DNA of 64,000 nt from an archaeon. GTDB taxonomy: Archaea; Nanobdellota; Nanobdellia; Pacearchaeales; GW2011-AR1. Under the pieces are notes generated by a model that saw nothing but the letters and a program-made list of their open reading frames with translations, had not been told where the DNA came from and ran no database searches. The stretch spans positions 12,956 to 76,955 of the forward strand of contig JABIDC010000003.1 in NCBI GenBank assembly GCA_018651925.1, given 5' to 3'. A program made the translations under genes and the position numbers. This document shows positions 56,968-64,000 of the stretch, one piece after another (the stretch's first letter is position 1; every line of letters begins with the position of its first letter).

Positions 56968-57041
56968 GACCCGATAGCTCAGTTGGTTAGAGCGAACGGC
57001 TGTTAACCGTTAGGTCGCAGGTTCGAGTCCTGCTCGGGTCG
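56968..57041 (+). tRNA. tRNA-Asn (anticodon GUU)
   Basis: 74-nt cloverleaf folded by hand: GACCCGA/TCGGGTC acceptor, anticodon arm AACGG-CTGTTAA-CCGTT, T arm GCAGG-TTCGAGT-CCTGC, discriminator G. Confidence 0.9.
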
Positions 57042-57101
57042 TTTATTTTCTTACAATAAAAAATTCTAAACCTTTTTAATCCCACAATATTTTATCTAAA
57101 T

Positions 57102-58202
57102 ATGAAAAAAGACATGCTTGATAAGGAAACAAAGAAAAAACTAGAATCACAACAATACAGAGTAGTTGGAGGACATAGTGCAGTAAAAATCTGCGGTTGG
57201 ACAAAAAACGCAATTAGAGGAATTGGCTATTGTTATAAGATGAAATTCTACGGAATAATGAGCCACCAATGTCTTCAAATGACTTCTTCAATTTCTTGTG
57301 CAAATAGATGTACCTTTTGTTGGAGAGATTACAAGGCGCCAGTTTCAAAAGATTGGAAATGGAAAATTGATTCACCAAAAACAATAATTGAGGGTAGCCT
57401 AAAAGCCCAAGATAAACTACTTGAAGGATTCAATAAGGGGAAAAATACAATTCAAAAAATATATGATGAATCAAAAGAAGTAAAACACGTTGCACTCTCC
57501 CTGACAGGAGAACCAATAAATTATCCAAAAATAAATGAATTAATTAGAGGATTCAACAAGAAAAACATTTCAACTTTTTTAGTAACAAATGCCCAGTATC
57601 CAGAAGAGATTAAAAAACTTGAACCAGTAACCCAACTATATTTATCAATTGATGCTCCAACAAAAGAACTTTTAAAAAAAATTGACAATCCGGTCTATAA
57701 AGACTATTGGGAAAGAATGAATAAAAGTTTAGAATATACTGCAAAGAAAAAACAAAGAACTGCAATTCGACTAACATTAATGAAAGGAATTAATATGACT
57801 CATCTAAAAGAATACGCTGAATTAATCAAAAAAGGAGATGCAGATTTTGTTGAAATAAAATCATACATGTGGGTGGGGGATTCACAAAAACGCCACAACT
57901 TCGAACACATGCCAACATCAAAAGAAATAATGAAGTTTGCAAAAAAAATATTGAAATTCCTTCCAGAATACAGTTTAGTTTCAGAACACTATGAATCAAG
58001 AGTAGTTCTTCTTGTAAAAAATAATTTAAAAATCAACGGAAAATGGCACACTTGGATTGATTTTGAAAAATATAACAAACTAGTTAATAATCCAAAAACA
58101 AAAAAAACCTTCCCCACAATGGACTATCTAAAACCCTTGCCAGAAACTGCAATTCTAAAAGAAGGATTTAAACATAAAATAAAAAGTTTATTTTCTAAAT
58201 AA
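57102..58202 (+). CDS. taw1: 4-demethylwyosine synthase Taw1/TYW1 (radical SAM)
   Basis: Radical-SAM cluster CANRCTFCWR, upstream Cys motif, and LSLTGEPINYP. Confidence 0.85.
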   Translation: MKKDMLDKETKKKLESQQYRVVGGHSAVKICGWTKNAIRGIGYCYKMKFYGIMSHQCLQMTSSISCANRCTFCWRDYKAPVSKDWKWKIDSPKTIIEGSLKAQDKLLEGFNKGKNTIQKIYDESKEVKHVALSLTGEPINYPKINELIRGFNKKNISTFLVTNAQYPEEIKKLEPVTQLYLSIDAPTKELLKKIDNPVYKDYWERMNKSLEYTAKKKQRTAIRLTLMKGINMTHLKEYAELIKKGDADFVEIKSYMWVGDSQKRHNFEHMPTSKEIMKFAKKILKFLPEYSLVSEHYESRVVLLVKNNLKINGKWHTWIDFEKYNKLVNNPKTKKTFPTMDYLKPLPETAILKEGFKHKIKSLFSK

Positions 58203-59323
58203 TGAAATCAAAAGGAAAAGTTCTATTGGCACTTTCAGGAGGAGTCGATTCTTCTGTTGCAGCACTTCTATTAAAAAAACAAGGTTATGAAGTAATTGCA
58301 GCCTTTATGAAAAACTGGTCAGATACAAAAAACAAAATCACTGGAGAATGCCATTGGATGGAAGAAAGAAGATTTGCAATAAAAATTGCAGCAAAATTAA
58401 ACATCCCAATAATAACACTCGACTTTGAAAATGAATACAAAAAAGACGTTGTTGATCCAATGTTTGAAAAATATAAAAAAGGAATTACTCCTAACCCAGA
58501 CATTGATTGCAATAATAAAATAAAATTTCCTCTTTTAATTAAAGCAGCTAAAAAACTAAAATGCGATTATGTTGCTACAGGCCATTATGCAAGAATTAAA
58601 AAAAATAAATCAAACAAATACGAACTACACAGAGGAAAAGATGAATCAAAAGACCAATCCTATTTCTTATACAGATTATCTCAAAAAGATTTAGAAAAAA
58701 CAATATTTCCAATTGGAGAATTAAACAAAGTAAAAATTAGAGAAATTGCAAAAAAGGAAAAATTTCCAAATTTTGATAAAAAAGGAACTGTGGGAATTTG
58801 TTTTATTGGAAAAGTTAATCTAAAGGAATTTTTACAAAAGAAAATTAAGCCAAAGAAAGGAAAAATTCTAAATCCAGAAGGAGAACAAATTGGAGAACAC
58901 GATGGAATTTTTTATTACACAATTGGACAAAGAATCGGGCCAAGATTTGGAATTGAAATTAAAAAACAAGGAGGCAGCAAACCCTTAAAGTGGTATGTTG
59001 CAAAGAAAAATCTAAAGAAAAATATAATTATTGCAGCTCCAGAAGGACATAAACTTAATTTACGAAAAAGAATAATTGTAAAAGATTTTCATTTAATTGA
59101 CTTAGATAAAAAGATATTCAAAAAATCTATTGAAAATAAAAGTAAAAAAATCCACTCAAGAATAAGACAGGTAGGGGAACTTCTATCATCCAAAATAAAA
59201 TTAGAAAATAAAAAATTAATTATCGAATTAAGCAAAGCAATAACCGGCGTATCTCCAGGACAAGCAATTGTAATTTATGACAAAACAAAAACTCTCGGAG
59301 GAGGAGTAATTAGTTTTGAATAA
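58202..59323 (+). CDS. mnmA: tRNA-specific 2-thiouridylase MnmA (bacterial type)
   Basis: PP-loop ALSGGVDSSVAA, CNNKIKF, ATGHYAR and DQSYFL motifs. Confidence 0.9.
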   Translation: MKSKGKVLLALSGGVDSSVAALLLKKQGYEVIAAFMKNWSDTKNKITGECHWMEERRFAIKIAAKLNIPIITLDFENEYKKDVVDPMFEKYKKGITPNPDIDCNNKIKFPLLIKAAKKLKCDYVATGHYARIKKNKSNKYELHRGKDESKDQSYFLYRLSQKDLEKTIFPIGELNKVKIREIAKKEKFPNFDKKGTVGICFIGKVNLKEFLQKKIKPKKGKILNPEGEQIGEHDGIFYYTIGQRIGPRFGIEIKKQGGSKPLKWYVAKKNLKKNIIIAAPEGHKLNLRKRIIVKDFHLIDLDKKIFKKSIENKSKKIHSRIRQVGELLSSKIKLENKKLIIELSKAITGVSPGQAIVIYDKTKTLGGGVISFE

Positions 59324-59367
59324 AATTTTATCTAAACATTTTTATATCTAAAATATCTCAGTAGAAT

Positions 59368-59946
59368 ATGAAATTAGGCGATGCAATAAAAAAAAGACAC
59401 AGTGTTTCAAAGTTCAAAGAAAAATCTCCAGATTGGAGAGATATTATTGAATGCATTGATTCTACAAGATATGCTCCAATGGCGGGGGAAATATTCACTC
59501 CCCGATTTGTATTAATCCATGATTCAAAAAAAATTCAAGAAGTTGCAACCGCAACACAACAACATTTTGTTTCAACTGCAAAATACCTTGTAGTAATGTG
59601 TTCAGAAAATTCCAAAACAGAAATTCATTTTGGATCGGATTCAGAAGATTACATCAAACAACAAAATGGGGCGGCAATCCAAAACTTTCTTCTTTCATTA
59701 GAAGAAAAAGGACTTACAACAACATGGATAAAACTCTTTGTTGAAGAAAATGTCAAAGAAACCTTAAGCATTCCAAAAGAATTGAAAGTTGTTGCAATTT
59801 TCCCAATTGGATATGAATACAAAAAAGAAACCAAAGAAAAAAGATTAATTGAATTAGATAGAATTCTTTATTACGACAAATACAAAAATAAAAGAATGAC
59901 TCAACCAAATGTTGCTGGAGAAGATTCAGTAAGACCTTGGTTTTAA
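59368..59946 (+). CDS. nitroreductase-family protein
   Basis: 192 aa. KKRHSVSKFK N-terminus and a QNFLLSLEEKGLTT core. Confidence 0.7.
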   Translation: MKLGDAIKKRHSVSKFKEKSPDWRDIIECIDSTRYAPMAGEIFTPRFVLIHDSKKIQEVATATQQHFVSTAKYLVVMCSENSKTEIHFGSDSEDYIKQQNGAAIQNFLLSLEEKGLTTTWIKLFVEENVKETLSIPKELKVVAIFPIGYEYKKETKEKRLIELDRILYYDKYKNKRMTQPNVAGEDSVRPWF

Positions 59947-60141
59947 TTCTTAAAACTACTTCTACAAAGCACATATTCTAAACTACATATTGTAAAATAT
60001 ATATTACATGCCCTAATATTCAACAATAAGGAGTGCGCCTATTGGCGAATTAAAAAGAGTATCCCCCGAGATTCCCTATTCGTCCCGGGGAAGAAAATTA
60101 AATTAAAAAATAAATAAATTAAAAGAAATTAATCTTTGGAT

Positions 60142-61221
60142 TTATCTCCAAACATCAATTCCTAAGTCAGACACTTCTCTTGAAACAGGCACACTTCGTG
60201 ATTCAATTTCTTTTCCTAAAACATATGGGGATTTAACTCCAGTCATAATAGTAATAACTCGAACTTTACCAACAAAGTCTTTAGAAATTCTAGCACCAAT
60301 AATCACTTGAGCATCTTGACTTAAATTATCTGAAACAGTTCTACCAATAATGTCAAACTCTTCCAACTTTAAGTCAGGTCCACAAGTAATGTGTATCAAA
60401 GCTCCTGTAGCTCCAGAATAATCCACATCAAGTAGAGGATGAGTTAGAGCCTGTTTAACAGCTTCGTTCACACGGTCAGTAGAATCATTTTCACCAATTC
60501 CAATAACTGCGACACCACCATTCTTCATAATTGACGAAACATCAGCATAATCCAAGTTAATTAAACTAGGTAATGTAATAGTTTCAACAATTCCTTTTAC
60601 CATTGTACTAACAAGTTCGTTAGCAACAGCAAAAGCTTGTTCGATTGGAAGTTGTCCTGCAATATCAACAAGTCTATTATTATCTAAAACAATACATGTG
60701 TCAGTTACTTCCCTAAGCTCTTGAAGTCCAAATTCAGCCTTATCAATTCTAGCTTTTTCAGCTTCAAAAGGCATAGTAACAACACCGATAACAACAGATC
60801 CAGTTTCCTTAGCAAGTTTCGCAATTTCTGGAGCAGCTCCAGTTCCAGTTCCACCACCCATTCCAGCAATTACAAAGACCATGTCCGCATTTCCAACCGC
60901 TTTCTTAACATCAACCATAGCTTCCTTAGCAGCTTCTCTCCCTCTTTGAGGCATTCCACCACATCCTAAACCACGAGTCAATTCTTTACCGATTAAAAGT
61001 TTCTCATCTGCTTTTGTAACACTTAAATGAAGTGCATCTGTATTCATAGCATAAATTGTAGCGCCGTTAATTCCTTTATTAAAAAGCCATGTAACTGCAT
61101 TACAACCCATTCCTCCAGCACCAATAACTTTAATGTTAGCTTTTCCAGCTCTTAACTCATCAAAATTAATGCTGTGGCTACTAGTGTTCTCAATTGCCTC
61201 TTTTGCAAAATCTAATACCAT
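60142..61221 (-). CDS. ftsZ: cell division protein FtsZ
   Basis: [10 protein letters not shown] and the tubulin signature [18 protein letters not shown] lies 13 nt upstream of the ATG. Confidence 0.95.
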   Translation of the reverse strand: MVLDFAKEAIENTSSHSINFDELRAGKANIKVIGAGGMGCNAVTWLFNKGINGATIYAMNTDALHLSVTKADEKLLIGKELTRGLGCGGMPQRGREAAKEAMVDVKKAVGNADMVFVIAGMGGGTGTGAAPEIAKLAKETGSVVIGVVTMPFEAEKARIDKAEFGLQELREVTDTCIVLDNNRLVDIAGQLPIEQAFAVANELVSTMVKGIVETITLPSLINLDYADVSSIMKNGGVAVIGIGENDSTDRVNEAVKQALTHPLLDVDYSGATGALIHITCGPDLKLEEFDIIGRTVSDNLSQDAQVIIGARISKDFVGKVRVITIMTGVKSPYVLGKEIESRSVPVSREVSDLGIDVWR

Positions 61222-61446
61222 TCTTTTTTGATTTCCTCCCTTTTGACTCTATCGCATGCGACAGAACACCTAAGGTTTTCTGCATCGGAAATTGTCGAAA
61301 TCTTTAAATATTCAACATACTTCCAGCTATTGTTTAGAAACAAAACCCCGAAGGGATAATATCAATCAAACCGCCAAGTTAAATTAATATTATAAAAAAA
61401 GAAAACTACATTCTTATTTAAAGATTTTCGTTGTATAGTCAATATT

Positions 61447-62007
61447 TTAGATATTCTTACTTAATTCTTGAATTTTACTCCAATTCCTTTCCAAATTATC
61501 ATTAGATTTTTTTACTATTAATTCCAAAAACTCTTCTTTAACCAACAAACTCCCTTTATTCATAATTGGGAACTCAATTTTCTCTGAACCATTAATCTCA
61601 ACAACAATATTTTTTCCTAACGCAATAATCCCGACCTTTTTCCAACCCAAATCTCTAACCTTATCCAAAAGACTTTTGGCATCTTCAATCGCCCTACAGG
61701 CAACATGCAAAATCATTGGTTCTTGTTTAAATTTCACAACATCCTCAGAAGAAATCTTTCCTAATTCCTTTTTCAAATCTTCTAAAATAATCTTATCATG
61801 ACTAACATACAAAAATAAGCCAGGACCTTTTTTTTCAACATCCTCCATAACTACAGCTCTTCCAGCACAAGAAGAAGTAGTATAATAATTATCTAATTTA
61901 TTTATTTTTTCGCAAAGCTCAACAATTTTTTCATCCCATCCTCCAATCGAAGATTTATCTGACTTTAACAAAATATCTTTTTTTCTTTGATTAAAACTAT
62001 TTTTCAT
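61447..62007 (-). CDS. taw3: tRNA wyosine-derivative methyltransferase Taw3/TYW3
   Basis: 186 aa. KSSIGGWDEKI and the signature TTSSCAGR. Confidence 0.75.
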   Translation of the reverse strand: MKNSFNQRKKDILLKSDKSSIGGWDEKIVELCEKINKLDNYYTTSSCAGRAVVMEDVEKKGPGLFLYVSHDKIILEDLKKELGKISSEDVVKFKQEPMILHVACRAIEDAKSLLDKVRDLGWKKVGIIALGKNIVVEINGSEKIEFPIMNKGSLLVKEEFLELIVKKSNDNLERNWSKIQELSKNI

Positions 62008-62479
62008 CTTTCAATCTATCCTCAAGATCATCAATTTTCAAATAAATTAAATCAAGACTTTCTTCAAGCTCTTCAGGTAATTTTGAGTCAACAAATTCTT
62101 CCAAGATATAAACTGGTTTTTTCTTAAACCATTTTGAATATCCAATCTCAATTAACCCTCCAACAGAATATCCCAATGAAATTAATACATCACATTCTTC
62201 ATTTAACCTTTCGGGCTGATTTCTCCAAGAAATGCAATTAATATTTTCACCCAACTCTAAATTCACCCAAGAATATCCAAATTCTTTATCTTCAAGAGGA
62301 ACAACAATAAAAACTTTCTGCCCCCCAAACTCCAAATATTCTTTTGCAAAAAATTCAGAAGTACTTTTTTTATCAGGAGTCATAACAATTTCAACATCAA
62401 GTTTCGAAAGAATTTCTGCAACTTTTTTTATTTCTTCTTTCTTCTTTAATTTTCCTGGCCCAATTATTCCAATTCTCAT
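61997..62479 (-). CDS. LOG/SLOG-like Rossmann-fold protein (TIGR00725-like)
   Basis: MRIGIIGPG N-terminus and CDVLISLGYSVGGLIEIG, which resembles the PGG.GT..E box. Overlaps both neighbours. Confidence 0.4.
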   Translation of the reverse strand: MRIGIIGPGKLKKKEEIKKVAEILSKLDVEIVMTPDKKSTSEFFAKEYLEFGGQKVFIVVPLEDKEFGYSWVNLELGENINCISWRNQPERLNEECDVLISLGYSVGGLIEIGYSKWFKKKPVYILEEFVDSKLPEELEESLDLIYLKIDDLEDRLKDEK

Positions 62480-63141
62480 TCTTTTTTTAAGATCTCCACT
62501 TTAATATTCTTTTCCTCGCAAAGTTCCTTAAATTCTTCTGCATCATCACGGGCTCCGATAATGGCCCCCCAATGCATTGGAATTGCAATTGTAGGTTTAA
62601 TCATTTTTGCAGCTTCAAAAGCTTCTTCTGCATTCATGGTAAATCTTCCTCCCACTGGCAAAAGTGCAACTAATTGTTTTCCTTTCTGATTATACCCTGT
62701 AAGATTTTTCATCTCAGGAATTAAATCAGTATCTCCTGCGTGATAAATCAAAACATCCCCAATTCTTAATAAATATCCTACCCATCCCTCATCCATTAAA
62801 TGAAAATCTTTATCAAGATTATATGATGGCAAAGCAGTAATTTTAATTCCCGAAATCAAAATTTCTTCATTAGGGCCAATTATAACCATTTTAATTGGAA
62901 AATCAAATCTAGCAATCTTACTTTGACAATCTGCAGTCATAATAATTTTTGTTCCTTCCTGAACAATTTTTTTTAAATCTTCAAAACTGCAATGGTCATG
63001 ATGACTATGGGTAATTAAGATTAAATCTGCCTTGGGCAAACCATCTGATATATTGTATGGATCAATATAAATCACTTTAGAATTTTGAATTAAAAATCCT
63101 GCATGCCCGAGCCACCTTAAATTAATATCTCCAATTTTCAT
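62476..63141 (-). CDS. metallo-beta-lactamase-fold hydrolase (UPF0173-like)
   Basis: LITHSHHDHC metal motif, HAGDT, and PMHWG. Confidence 0.8.
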   Translation of the reverse strand: MKIGDINLRWLGHAGFLIQNSKVIYIDPYNISDGLPKADLILITHSHHDHCSFEDLKKIVQEGTKIIMTADCQSKIARFDFPIKMVIIGPNEEILISGIKITALPSYNLDKDFHLMDEGWVGYLLRIGDVLIYHAGDTDLIPEMKNLTGYNQKGKQLVALLPVGGRFTMNAEEAFEAAKMIKPTIAIPMHWGAIIGARDDAEEFKELCEEKNIKVEILKKE

Positions 63142-63175
63142 TCAAGTAAGTTCTCCTGGATTTTTTTTAAAAATC

Positions 63176-64000
63176 TCATTCAAGTAAGTTCTCCTTAAAT
63201 TTTTGTAAATCTTTTTTCATAAACCTGGCAGCAGCGGCTCTTTTGTGTCCTCCACCAATCGCATTCTCTAAGCCTTTAATTCCTTTCTTTATCAATGCCC
63301 CCACATCTTCTTCAGTAGTGTTATTTCTAATACTCACTTTAATCATTTCCTTTTCTATATCAACTGCAAAAATAAAAATTCCCTTTTCTTTGGATAATAT
63401 TGTTGTAACAATAGAAGCAATATTATGTTTTGGAGTAGAATAATAAAAATATAAATCTTTTTCAGAAAAATATTCTGCATTCTCTTTATATGCGATAATT
63501 TGATTATCAATTTCCATTGAAAGAAGTTTATCGATTTCAGTTAATTTATCAAACTCTTTATTTTTAATAATCTCATAAACCCTTTCCAAATCGTTTGCAT
63601 AATAAATTGCTCCAGCTCCAACTTTTTTTGCCAACTTCCCACAAGGAAAATCAAAAAAAGTTTCTTTAGTTACTCCTGGATTTTTCTCCTTTAAAAAATT
63701 AAAATTATCTTCATTTCTAAAACTCCATTCTGCAACCATTGTAGCAGAAACCAATTCATCAAAAATTTTAACATCAAAATAATTTTTCGCCAAATTATAA
63801 ATTGCCCAAGTAGCACAATCTACAGACTCAGTTTTAATCACTTTATCCAGATCTTTTGTCTTTTCATTCATCGGATGATGATCAATTAAAAAAGAATCAA
63901 ATTTATTCCTAAAATCCAAAAAACCTTCAAAATCATCATTGTCTGCAGCAAGATCTGCCATTAAAACTTTAGTAATCCCTAAATTTTCAAAAAGCTTTTT
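63176..64000 (-). CDS. DHH/DHHA1-family phosphoesterase (5' end outside the window)
   Basis: DHH motif FLIDHHP and DHHA1 motif GGGHKRAAAARF. The frame stays open from the ATG at 63961 to base 64000 (KKLFENLGITKVL). Confidence 0.75.
   Translation of the reverse strand, partial: KKLFENLGITKVLMADLAADNDDFEGFLDFRNKFDSFLIDHHPMNEKTKDLDKVIKTESVDCATWAIYNLAKNYFDVKIFDELVSATMVAEWSFRNEDNFNFLKEKNPGVTKETFFDFPCGKLAKKVGAGAIYYANDLERVYEIIKNKEFDKLTEIDKLLSMEIDNQIIAYKENAEYFSEKDLYFYYSTPKHNIASIVTTILSKEKGIFIFAVDIEKEMIKVSIRNNTTEEDVGALIKKGIKGLENAIGGGHKRAAAARFMKKDLQKFKENLLE

Noticed and set aside
56900-57016. GACCTAA of the orphan tRNA-Asn fragment is complementary to TTAGGTC (57010-57016) inside the tRNA, which could hint at an alternative acceptor pairing
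   Set aside because: Four of the seven pairs follow automatically from the common GACC/GGTC of the acceptor and variable loop. The remaining 3 nt are within chance expectation.
1-64000. Search by eye for CRISPR arrays, rRNA genes, IS/transposase or integrase genes, restriction-modification or recognisable defence operons
   Set aside because: None found. There are no regularly spaced repeats beyond those listed, no ORF has transposase, integrase or Cas motifs, and no long non-coding GC-rich stretch compatible with rRNA exists.

Overview
This window is visibly AT-rich (G+C looks near 30%, not computed) and very densely packed. I count about 80 protein genes and 3 tRNA genes, with short spacers and many 1-26 nt gene overlaps. 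I saw no rRNA, CRISPR array, transposase or integrase gene. The gene content is archaeal: FEN1, MCM, an RPA-like OB-fold protein, ATP-dependent DNA ligase, TBP, TFS, RpoL, aIF1A, aIF2-beta, aRF1, L15e, NAC, Sec61-beta, RadB, an Nre-like protein, two Cdc48 ATPases, Taw1/Taw3, and type IA topoisomerase. With FtsZ/MinD division genes and little biosynthesis (only pyrG, purA, adk), this fits a small-genome DPANN-type archaeon; that assignment is inference. Most of the window is housekeeping. Six things stand out. (1) All three tRNA genes have a partial copy of themselves within about 100 nt. tRNA-Lys and tRNA-Ile are each followed by the same conserved two-hairpin element of about 75 nt, and each element ends in a copy of the 3' end of its own tRNA. 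(2) One gene (38406-39011) has a single in-frame TAA followed by 96 further open codons. (3) There is a full-length bacterial-type RelA/SpoT (long RSH) gene with a degenerate hydrolase HD motif. (4) A translationally coupled operon reads Zn-ribbon/AbrB, Cdc48, sHsp, Cdc48. (5) Two diverged orphan paralogues flank the pyrG block. (6) A GC-rich direct repeat of about 23 nt brackets a two-gene desulfoferrodoxin cassette. All function calls rest on motifs read by eye from the ORF translations; no database search was run.
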